IMG/VR virus record: IMGVR_UViG_3300021520_000002
Location: 1 to 64,000 of that record
DNA length: 64,000 nucleotides
Reading direction: 5' to 3' (one strand)
Under the pieces are notes generated by a model. It had not been told where the DNA came from. It searched no databases and saw only the letters and a program-made list of their open reading frames with translations. Positions within the stretch are counted from its first letter, which is position 1; every line of letters starts with the position of its first letter. The translations under genes and the position numbers were made by a program. Shown here in pieces: positions 1-7,805 of this stretch.

Positions 1-1080
1 GGAACCGCTGGAAGTTCTGGAACAAGTGGTAGTAGTGGAACGTCAGGAGCAGCTGGAGCGCCAGGTACATCTGGAACTTCAGGTTCTGATGGAACAAGTG
101 GAACTTCAGGTTCTGATGGAACCTCTGGAAGTTCTGGAACAAGTGGTAGTAGTGGAACGTCAGGAGCAGCTGGAGCGCCAGGTACAAGTGGAAGTTCAGG
201 AACTTCTGGAAGTTCTGGAACAAGTGGAACTGCAGGTACTTCAGGATCTTCAGGTACATCAGGAAGTTCTGGAACATCTGGTAGTAGTGGAACATCAGGA
301 ACAAGTGGGTCGAGTGGTACATCAGGAAGTTCAGGAACATCAGGAAGTTCAGGTACGAGTGGAGCAGCAGGTACTTCAGGGTCTTCAGGAACATCTGGAA
401 GTTCTGGAACAAGTGGAGCAGCAGGTACTTCAGGGTCTTCAGGAACATCTGGAAGTTCAGGTACGAGTGGAGCAGCAGGTACTTCAGGGTCTTCAGGAAC
501 GAGTGGATCTAGTGGAACATCAGCTCTTAATGGATTACCTTCTGGTGGAACTGATGCACAAGTATTAGCTAAAATAGATGGAACAAATTATAATGTACAA
601 TGGGTAGATCAAACAGGTGGTACTGGAGGAACTGGAACATCTGGTACAAGTGGAACATCTTCTACTGTTGGTGCATATTTACACACTCAGGGTACAGCTG
701 GCACTAGTTGGACTGCATCTCATAATCTTGGTACTAAATATTTGAATATTATGGCTTTTGATAGTACTGATTATGTTGTTATACCAAATTCTGTAATAGG
801 TACAGATGTTAATACAATGGTACTTGATTTTGGTACATCATCAATTTCTGGAAAAGCTTATTTTTCAATTGGTGGAGGAACAAGTGGTAGTTCAGGTTCT
901 TCTGGAACATCTGGAAGTTCAGGTAGTAGTGGAACAAGTGGTTTAGATGGTACTGGTGGAGTTCCTGCTGGTGGTAATACATTTGATATATTAATGAAAA
1001 ATTCAACTAGTGCTTATGATGTTGCATGGAAAGAAGGTGTAACAAAAAGCCAAGCTATAGCGTATGCTATAGTGTTTTAG
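1..1080 (+). CDS. 5'-truncated Gly/Ser/Thr-repeat (G-x-x) virion fibre protein
   Basis: Frame 1 is open from base 1 (GTAGSSGTSGSSGTS...) to TAG at 1078-1080. The track's 742..1080 ORF is only its C-terminus. It has two copies of a phage-fibre-type motif (LPSGGTDAQVLAKIDGTNYNVQW / VPAGGNTFDILMKNSTSAYDVAW). Confidence 0.75.
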   Translation, partial: GTAGSSGTSGSSGTSGAAGAPGTSGTSGSDGTSGTSGSDGTSGSSGTSGSSGTSGAAGAPGTSGSSGTSGSSGTSGTAGTSGSSGTSGSSGTSGSSGTSGTSGSSGTSGSSGTSGSSGTSGAAGTSGSSGTSGSSGTSGAAGTSGSSGTSGSSGTSGAAGTSGSSGTSGSSGTSALNGLPSGGTDAQVLAKIDGTNYNVQWVDQTGGTGGTGTSGTSGTSSTVGAYLHTQGTAGTSWTASHNLGTKYLNIMAFDSTDYVVIPNSVIGTDVNTMVLDFGTSSISGKAYFSIGGGTSGSSGSSGTSGSSGSSGTSGLDGTGGVPAGGNTFDILMKNSTSAYDVAWKEGVTKSQAIAYAIVF

Positions 1081-1088
1081 AAAATATT

Positions 1089-1126
1089 ATATCGGCAAGA
1101 TCTTGTAATATAGATCTTGCCGATAT
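1089..1126. terminator. Hairpin built from paired TTGCCGAT motifs (15-bp perfect stem)
   Basis: ATATCGGCAAGATCT, 8-nt loop, AGATCTTGCCGATAT; intergenic, just after a stop codon. Confidence 0.7.
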
Positions 1127-1154
1127 TAAAAAGTTATAGTTTTTGGGGAGTGAT

Positions 1155-1544
1155 ATGAAAAGGATAATAACTGATTATAATTTTGTAGCATCAACAAAGA
1201 AAATAACATTTCCATTAGAAACAGGTTTTACTATAGATGGTCTTCTTTTAATTACAAATGTTACAGACAATATTATTATTTATAATTTTGCAGATCCTTT
1301 AACTGGGGCATCTGTAGATATAAGTGGTCTTATTATTACTCTTACATATAATACAACATCAATGAGTGATACTGATCATCTTTTAATTTATCATGATGAT
1401 GGATTACCTGCTGTTAATCAAATAACTGGTGAGAAAGGACGAGAAGCAAGTGAAGTAACTAGTAAAGAACAAATGGATATGTTTACTGATATATTAGAAG
1501 AATTGAGAGAGATTAAACTTATTTTAGCATCTAGTTTTGGATAA
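1155..1544 (+). CDS. Hypothetical virion-associated protein
   Basis: ATG at 1155 after GGGGAG. The LLLITNVTDNIIIYNFAD...LTYNTTSMSDTDHLLIY segment is typical of phage structural proteins. Confidence 0.55.
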   Translation: MKRIITDYNFVASTKKITFPLETGFTIDGLLLITNVTDNIIIYNFADPLTGASVDISGLIITLTYNTTSMSDTDHLLIYHDDGLPAVNQITGEKGREASEVTSKEQMDMFTDILEELREIKLILASSFG

Positions 1545-1562
1545 AAAGGAGGAAATGAGAAT

Positions 1563-2234
1563 ATGTTAGTTAAAATAGCTGGAAGGGTAAGAGGATTATT
1601 TGCCGGTAATTATCCCGACAATAGAGAAGATGAACAATTTCATTTAAATAATAGAGGTGATTGGCTTGTTGCACAAGCTTTACCTGAAAGAACTGAAATA
1701 GTTCGAATGGGAGATACTTGGCAAGTTGCAACAGCAAGTAATGCACCAACAGCTACACTTACTGCGTGGCCAACAACTGTAGCTGGACTTGGTATATGGA
1801 ATGGTGAACCACAAGGTGGTAAATGTTATATTATAGATTCTATAGCGGCAACAGAAATTATTGTTGATCAAACACAATCAAACTGTACTGCTTTATTTGT
1901 ATTAAATAATAAAACTCCAGTAGCCACACCAACACAAATTGGTGCTCAAACTATTAGATCAATGAGTGGAAGAACTTATGGTGGTAGATGTGTTATAGCT
2001 TTAACTGCAAACAATGTAACTGATGATGGTTGGTTTCCTGCTGGTAACTCTGTTGCTCCAGCTCCAGCTGTTGCTGGAAGTGGATGGAAACAAACTGATA
2101 TTCCAATAAATGGACTATATATCGTTCCTCCAGGTGGAATGTTTAGTGTTCAAGGAGTAAAAATTGCAAATCTTGCAGCCCAAATGATATACACAATTCG
2201 TTGGCATGAAGTCCAACTTATTTTAAAATCATAA
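1563..2234 (+). CDS. Tandem paralog 1 of 5 (GRVRGLFxGxYPxNREDE...RWHEVQ family), putative virion protein
   Basis: AAGGAGG RBS; clear similarity to the next four ORFs. Confidence 0.7.
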   Translation: MLVKIAGRVRGLFAGNYPDNREDEQFHLNNRGDWLVAQALPERTEIVRMGDTWQVATASNAPTATLTAWPTTVAGLGIWNGEPQGGKCYIIDSIAATEIIVDQTQSNCTALFVLNNKTPVATPTQIGAQTIRSMSGRTYGGRCVIALTANNVTDDGWFPAGNSVAPAPAVAGSGWKQTDIPINGLYIVPPGGMFSVQGVKIANLAAQMIYTIRWHEVQLILKS

Positions 2235-2251
2235 AGATGAGGTAGGAAACT

Positions 2252-2911
2252 ATGTTAATTAAAATAGCTGGAAGGGTAAGAGGATTTTTTGCCGGTAATT
2301 ATCCTGAAAATAAAGAAGATGAAGAATTTCATTTAAATACTAGAGGTGATATGCTTGTTGCACAAGGATTACCTGAAAGAGCTGAACTTACTAGATTAGG
2401 AGATTCTTGGACAGCTTCAAATACAACAGGGATTGCTGCTTTAACTGGTTGGCCAACAACAACAGCAGGATTTGGTATATGGAATGGTGAACCTTCTAAT
2501 GGTAAATGTTATGTTATAGATTCAGTTTCTTGTACAGATATTGTTGTTGATGCAACACAAGGTGATTGTACTGCTTTATTTGTTATGCTTAATAAACCAC
2601 CTGTTGCTCTACCTGCTGGTGGACAACTTATCCGTGGATTAAGTGGAAGAACTTATGGTGGTAGAGCATTAACAGTTTTAACAGCTGTTGCTAGAGTAGA
2701 TGAAGGTTGGTTTCCAGCAGGATCTTCAGCAACTGTTGGAGCAACTGTTGCTGGTTGTAACTTTAAACAACAATATGCTCCATTAAATGGAATGTATATT
2801 GTGCCTCCAGGTGGAATGTTCAGTGTTGCTGCTGCAAAAGTAGCTGCTGCTGCTGCACAAGTTGTATATACAATTTGTTGGCATGAAGTCCAACTTATTC
2901 TAAAATCATAA
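2252..2911 (+). CDS. Tandem paralog 2 of 5
   Basis: Same N- and C-terminal motifs as paralog 1. Confidence 0.7.
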   Translation: MLIKIAGRVRGFFAGNYPENKEDEEFHLNTRGDMLVAQGLPERAELTRLGDSWTASNTTGIAALTGWPTTTAGFGIWNGEPSNGKCYVIDSVSCTDIVVDATQGDCTALFVMLNKPPVALPAGGQLIRGLSGRTYGGRALTVLTAVARVDEGWFPAGSSATVGATVAGCNFKQQYAPLNGMYIVPPGGMFSVAAAKVAAAAAQVVYTICWHEVQLILKS

Positions 2912-2928
2912 AGATGAGGTAGGAAACT

Positions 2929-3603
2929 ATGTTAATTAAAATAGCTGGAAGAGTAAGAGGATTATTTACCGGTAATTATCCTGAAAATAGAGAAGATGAA
3001 GAGTCACATATAAATAGTAGAGGAGATAATTTATTAATTCAAGGATTACCGGAAAAAACTGAATTAGTTAGACATGGTGATTCATGGCAAGTTAGAAACA
3101 CTACTGCAGTTGCAGCTAGAACAGCACTCCCAACGACTAACCCAGGACTTGGAATTTATAATGGTGAACCAACTGGTGGTAAAAGTTATATTATAGATTC
3201 TGTAGCTTGTACAGAAATTGTTGTTGACGCAACACAATCAGATTGTACTGCTTTAATGGTTTGTATGAATAAACTTCCATTAGCAGTTATACCTTTAGCA
3301 AATTATGATGTTTTAGTTCCAAAATCATTAAGTGGAGGAGGAGCATATCCTGGTAAAGCAATATTTCAATTAATAGCTAGAACTTGTGTTAATGATGGTT
3401 GGTATGCTTGTGGAGATTCTGTACCGGTTGCTACAGCAGTTGCCGGTAGCGGATGGAAACAAACTGATGTCGATGTTAGAGGAATGTATATTGTGCCTCC
3501 AGGTGGCCAATTTAATGTTAATGCTGTTAAAGTAGCTGCAGCTGCCAGTCAATGTTCATATACAATTCGTTGGCATGAAGTTCTTATTTTATATAAAACA
3601 TAA
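2929..3603 (+). CDS. Tandem paralog 3 of 5
   Basis: Same motifs; upstream junction is identical to that of paralog 2. Confidence 0.7.
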   Translation: MLIKIAGRVRGLFTGNYPENREDEESHINSRGDNLLIQGLPEKTELVRHGDSWQVRNTTAVAARTALPTTNPGLGIYNGEPTGGKSYIIDSVACTEIVVDATQSDCTALMVCMNKLPLAVIPLANYDVLVPKSLSGGGAYPGKAIFQLIARTCVNDGWYACGDSVPVATAVAGSGWKQTDVDVRGMYIVPPGGQFNVNAVKVAAAASQCSYTIRWHEVLILYKT

Positions 3604-3618
3604 GTGAGGTATAAAAAC

Positions 3619-4281
3619 ATGTCTGAAATAGCAAGAATGTTAGGAAGGGTAAGAGGATTATTTGCCGGTAAATATCCTGAAAATAGAGAAGATGAACAAT
3701 TTCATCTGGACAATATGGGAAATAATATAGTTACTCAAGCACTTCCACCACTTACAGAAATAGTAAGACTTGGTGATTCATGGCAAGTTATGAGTGCAGC
3801 TTTTGCTGGAATAACAACTGTCGGTTCAACAGCAGGAATGTTTACTATGTGGAATGGTGAGGGTGGTAATGGAAAAATATATATTATAGATTCTATAGCT
3901 CTAACTAAAGTAGTTATTGATACTACACAATTAGAAGGTGGATTTTCTCTTCTTGTTCAGATTATTAGATCTATGGCAGCTCCAACTCATGTTGAATATA
4001 CACCATCTGGTTTAAGTGGTAAAAGATATGGTGGTCGTTGTCGAACTCTTGCGTCTTCAACTACAGTGGCTGCTAGTTGGGATATGGTTGGTTCCTCAGG
4101 AAATCCAGCGAGAGCTACTAATGGGTCTGGTTGGCAACAAGTTGATATAAATTTATTTGGAAAATATATACTTCGTCCTGGTGATGCTCTTACACTTCAA
4201 ATATCTGAAGTGACAGCCACAGCTGCAAAATTCAGATCAACAGTAAGATGGCATGAAGTTCAGATACCGTATGTAACATAA
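3619..4281 (+). CDS. Tandem paralog 4 of 5
   Basis: ATG at 3619 after GAGG (MSEIARMLGRVRG); closest to paralog 5. Confidence 0.7.
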   Translation: MSEIARMLGRVRGLFAGKYPENREDEQFHLDNMGNNIVTQALPPLTEIVRLGDSWQVMSAAFAGITTVGSTAGMFTMWNGEGGNGKIYIIDSIALTKVVIDTTQLEGGFSLLVQIIRSMAAPTHVEYTPSGLSGKRYGGRCRTLASSTTVAASWDMVGSSGNPARATNGSGWQQVDINLFGKYILRPGDALTLQISEVTATAAKFRSTVRWHEVQIPYVT

Positions 4282-4294
4282 GTGAGGAAAGAAC

Positions 4295-4957
4295 ATGGCT
4301 CAATTTGGAAAAATGTTAGGAAGAGTAAGAGGATTATTTACCGGTAATTATCCTGAAAATAGAGAAGATGAACAATTTCATGTAGACAATATGGGAAATA
4401 ATATAGTTACTCAAGCACTTCCACCACTTACTGAAATAGTAAGACTTGGTGATTCATGGCAGGTTATGGGAGTTGCATATGCAGCATTAACAGGTGTTGG
4501 TTCAACAGCAGGAAGATTAACTATATGGAATGGTGAACCCTCTAATGGAAAAATATATATTATAGATTCTATAGCTTATACTAAAATTATTATAGATACT
4601 ACACAATTAGAAGGTGGATTTTCTTGTTTGGTTCAAATTATTAAACAAATGACAATACCAACTGATGCTGCTTATGTACCAGCTGGTTTAAGTGGTAAAA
4701 GATATGGTGGTAGAATGAGAACTGTTGCTACTTCAACTACATTAGCTGCTAACTGGGATATGGTTGGTTCTTCAGGAAATCCAGCTGCTGTTATTGCTGG
4801 ATCAGCTTGGCAACAAGTTGATATAAATTTATTTGGAAAATATATACTTCGTCCTGGTGATGCTTTTGCAATTAATATATCAGAAGTAACAAATACAGCC
4901 TCAAAATTTAGAACAACAATAAGATGGCATGAAGTTCAGATACCGTATGTATTTTAG
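4295..4957 (+). CDS. Tandem paralog 5 of 5
   Basis: Long identical blocks with paralog 4 (DNMGNNIVTQALPPLTEIVRLGDSWQVM; WQQVDINLFGKYILRPGDA). Confidence 0.7.
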   Translation: MAQFGKMLGRVRGLFTGNYPENREDEQFHVDNMGNNIVTQALPPLTEIVRLGDSWQVMGVAYAALTGVGSTAGRLTIWNGEPSNGKIYIIDSIAYTKIIIDTTQLEGGFSCLVQIIKQMTIPTDAAYVPAGLSGKRYGGRMRTVATSTTLAANWDMVGSSGNPAAVIAGSAWQQVDINLFGKYILRPGDAFAINISEVTNTASKFRTTIRWHEVQIPYVF

Positions 4958-4966
4958 GAGTTTATT

Positions 4967-5167
4967 ATGAAACTATATGGTGTTGAAGGAGAAGGAAATT
5001 TTGTTCCAGAAATAGTCGCTTCAGTTCCAAGTTACACAGCTGCAGATGAAGGAAGATTAATTTATGTTACAGCGGATAAAAAATATTATTATGCGACAGA
5101 TGCTGCATGGATAGCTGTAGGTTCTGGAGCTGGAGCTGGAATATTAGAATCTCAAGTGTTTGGTTAA
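4967..5167 (+). CDS. Small hypothetical virion protein
   Basis: AGGAG RBS; GRLIYVTADKKYYY...W motif resembles short fibre domains. Confidence 0.5.
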   Translation: MKLYGVEGEGNFVPEIVASVPSYTAADEGRLIYVTADKKYYYATDAAWIAVGSGAGAGILESQVFG

Positions 5168-5176
5168 GGAGGTTAA

Positions 5177-5548
5177 ATGGCTGCTACTACATATACAAAA
5201 AATCATTTATCTAATTCAACAGATGGTAAAGGTATAAAAGTTGCTGGAACATCATCTGGGGGAGCAACAGATATTCATACTGCAAGTACTGCAAGTACTA
5301 CAACTGATTTTGATGAAGTATGGATATGGTGTGTTAATACATCTGCAAGCGCAATAAAACTTACAATAATGTGGGGTGGTACTGGTGATCCAGATGATTT
5401 TATTGAATATACAGTAGCTCCTGAAGATGGGTTAAAATGTATCATACCAGGATTAGTACTACAACATAGTTTAGCTATAAAAGCGTTTGCCGGTACAACT
5501 AATTTACTTGTTATACATGGTTTTGTTAATAGTATGGTTACAGCATAA
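5177..5548 (+). CDS. Hypothetical phage structural protein
   Basis: AAGGAGG RBS; beta-rich; DEVWIW...LTIxWGG...PGLVL...VIHGFVN pattern. Confidence 0.55.
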   Translation: MAATTYTKNHLSNSTDGKGIKVAGTSSGGATDIHTASTASTTTDFDEVWIWCVNTSASAIKLTIMWGGTGDPDDFIEYTVAPEDGLKCIIPGLVLQHSLAIKAFAGTTNLLVIHGFVNSMVTA

Positions 5549-5559
5549 GGATTAATATT

Positions 5560-6645
5560 ATGAGAACTGATTTTTTTAGAAATAGATTATTTATGGGTGA
5601 TATAAAACAGATGCAATCAGAGTTTTTAGTTCCAGAAATTTCTAGTTTAATTGGTTGGTATATTGGTGATGATCTATCGGCAAATTTTGCCGATGAAGAT
5701 GCTATCTTTGCTTGGAAAGATCATTATTCTGGAAATACAGCATATCAAGAAGATGATACTATTACTCAAAGACCTGTTTATAAAGCAAATATAATTAATG
5801 ATCATGGTGTTGCTAGATTTGATAATGCTACATATTCACAAAATTTAATACTTACTAATCCAAAACCATCAACAAAAACTGCTTTTATTGTTGCTAAGAA
5901 AACAGCCACAAGTAATAGTTGTTCAGTTCTTTATCAAACAAATACTAATGTTTTTAATTTCCCAACACCAACCAGTGGAAATGGACAATTATCAATCTCT
6001 GAAGGAACAGTTACTGTTTATACTCATATGGTGGATGCAACTGGATTACACATATTAACAGCAAGAAGAGTATATTCAGATACAGCTTGTGTTGCTAGAG
6101 TAGATGGTGTTGAAGGTTTTCCAGCTAATACAGCAAATTATTGGAATATATCACGTATAGGTTATAATGGTACACGAACTTCATGTTTTGATGGGGATAT
6201 TGCAGAAGTAATATTATTTTCAGATATATTATCTGATGCGAGTGTTATAACTATAGAATGTTATTTATCAAATAAATATGGAATTACTTTTACTGGAGAA
6301 ATGACTGAATCTGTATTAGTATCTGCTGACTGGACATTTGAAAATGCTGCTTGGTCAATAACCGCTGGTGTTTTAAGCTGTACAGGTTCAGGAAATTGTT
6401 ATCCTAATTATGCTGCTCAATCTCCTCCAAAAGTTGGATTAGGTTATGATATTGTTATAACAGTAACAGCTTGTTCTGGAACAATATATTTTTCTTATGC
6501 TGGTAATGCAACAACATTTGAGTTTTCATCAACTGGTACAAAAACATATACAAATATAATAACTTCTGATGCAACAACAATGTATTTAATGAGTATTGGT
6601 GGTACATGTTCTATATCAGCTATAAGTTGTAAAGAACATGTATAA
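5560..6645 (+). CDS. LamG/concanavalin-like domain protein with C-terminal carbohydrate-binding-like domain
   Basis: W-x-D-x-SGN, RPVYKANIIN and FDGDIAEVILF...IECYLSNKYGI signatures; C-terminus is homologous to 34025..34435. Confidence 0.6.
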   Translation: MRTDFFRNRLFMGDIKQMQSEFLVPEISSLIGWYIGDDLSANFADEDAIFAWKDHYSGNTAYQEDDTITQRPVYKANIINDHGVARFDNATYSQNLILTNPKPSTKTAFIVAKKTATSNSCSVLYQTNTNVFNFPTPTSGNGQLSISEGTVTVYTHMVDATGLHILTARRVYSDTACVARVDGVEGFPANTANYWNISRIGYNGTRTSCFDGDIAEVILFSDILSDASVITIECYLSNKYGITFTGEMTESVLVSADWTFENAAWSITAGVLSCTGSGNCYPNYAAQSPPKVGLGYDIVITVTACSGTIYFSYAGNATTFEFSSTGTKTYTNIITSDATTMYLMSIGGTCSISAISCKEHV

Positions 6646-6658
6646 TGGAGGTTCATAA

Positions 6659-7381
6659 ATGTATCAAAGAAATAGATATGAATCAGGACCTACACAATTA
6701 GGTAGACCATGGTTGCCAATAGATGTTCCTAATTGTAAATTATGGGTACCGGCACATTCATATATTGGTGCTGATAATGATGCTGTTGGTACTTGGCCAG
6801 ATTTAAGTGGAAATAATAATCATCCAACTCAAGGAACTACTACTAGAAAAGCAATATATAAAACAAATATTCTTAATGGTTATCCAATAATGAGAGCTGA
6901 TGGAACTACACGAATGTCATTCACAGAAATAACAGATATTCGAGCTTGTTATGCTGTTGTTAAAAAAGATGATGTTTCCAATTCAAGTACTTATATAACG
7001 ACAGATCAATCTAATACTGGATATATTCAGTGTTCTGATGAAAATCCTGGAAACACATCTCATCGTGGTAGAATAAGTGGACAAGATATTGAAGCTGGAC
7101 CAGTATTTACAGTCGCAAATACTTGGCATATTTCTGCGATGATATCATATGGTACATATAGAATAATGCGAGTTGATGGAGTAACAGTTACTTGGGCAGC
7201 GATAACTGGTGATCATCAGGTATATCAGGATCTTCTTTATGATTATGACGCTGGTTATTCTTATGATGGTGATATGGCAGAATGTATTATTTATACAACT
7301 GCTGATTTAACATTAAGAAACATGTATTTAATTGAAAGATATTTAGCTATTAAATATGGTTTAACTACTGGTTTGAAATAA
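6659..7381 (+). CDS. LamG/concanavalin-like domain protein
   Basis: LWV...VGTWPDLSGNNNH...YDGDMAECIIY...IERYLAIKYGL; paralogous to the preceding ORF. Confidence 0.6.
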   Translation: MYQRNRYESGPTQLGRPWLPIDVPNCKLWVPAHSYIGADNDAVGTWPDLSGNNNHPTQGTTTRKAIYKTNILNGYPIMRADGTTRMSFTEITDIRACYAVVKKDDVSNSSTYITTDQSNTGYIQCSDENPGNTSHRGRISGQDIEAGPVFTVANTWHISAMISYGTYRIMRVDGVTVTWAAITGDHQVYQDLLYDYDAGYSYDGDMAECIIYTTADLTLRNMYLIERYLAIKYGLTTGLK

Positions 7382-7412
7382 TTTTTAATTTAAGTTTATA
7401 GAGGTAATTACA

Positions 7413-7796
7413 ATGGCTGAAGATTATACAAAAATACTTCTAGAGTTAACAGATCGTCAGTTTAGAAGATATGATGAAACGATTGATGATGTTGCTCGAC
7501 TAGAAATTAAAACTCAAGATTTAGAAGTATCAATCAATAGATTTGATGTGGATTTAGATAATGAGAAAAAAGAACGTGTAAAAATAGAATTGTCAATTAA
7601 AGAGAATATAGACAATTTACATAAAGTTGATAAATCTTTATCAAATTTATCTGGAAGAGTTTGGGTGATAATTGGTTTTTTTATGGCTATTATTGGTTCA
7701 GCAACAGGAGTTCTTATTCATGTTTTTTCTAAAATTGGAGATATTTCTGGTAAAATTGGATGGTTAGAAGGATCACTTTCAAAAATTATTAAATAG
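7413..7796 (+). CDS. Coiled-coil protein with C-terminal transmembrane helix (possible lysis accessory)
   Basis: Heptad-rich N-terminus followed by VWVIIGFFMAIIGSATGVLIHVF. Confidence 0.5.
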   Translation: MAEDYTKILLELTDRQFRRYDETIDDVARLEIKTQDLEVSINRFDVDLDNEKKERVKIELSIKENIDNLHKVDKSLSNLSGRVWVIIGFFMAIIGSATGVLIHVFSKIGDISGKIGWLEGSLSKIIK

Positions 7797-7805
7797 AGGG
7801 TTAGA

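Noticed and set aside
26-568. ORF-track protein rich in VLEQVE/HQE, and similar + strand ORFs at 31060, 32229, 32994, 35017, 37262 and 37907
   Set aside because: Off-frame shadows of the Gly/Ser/Thr repeat genes; the repeat codons lack stops in that frame.
1563-4957. Diversity-generating retroelement or invertible shufflon behind the paralog array
   Set aside because: No reverse transcriptase or recombinase nearby, no adenine-specific TR/VR pair, and all copies are full-length genes in the same orientation.
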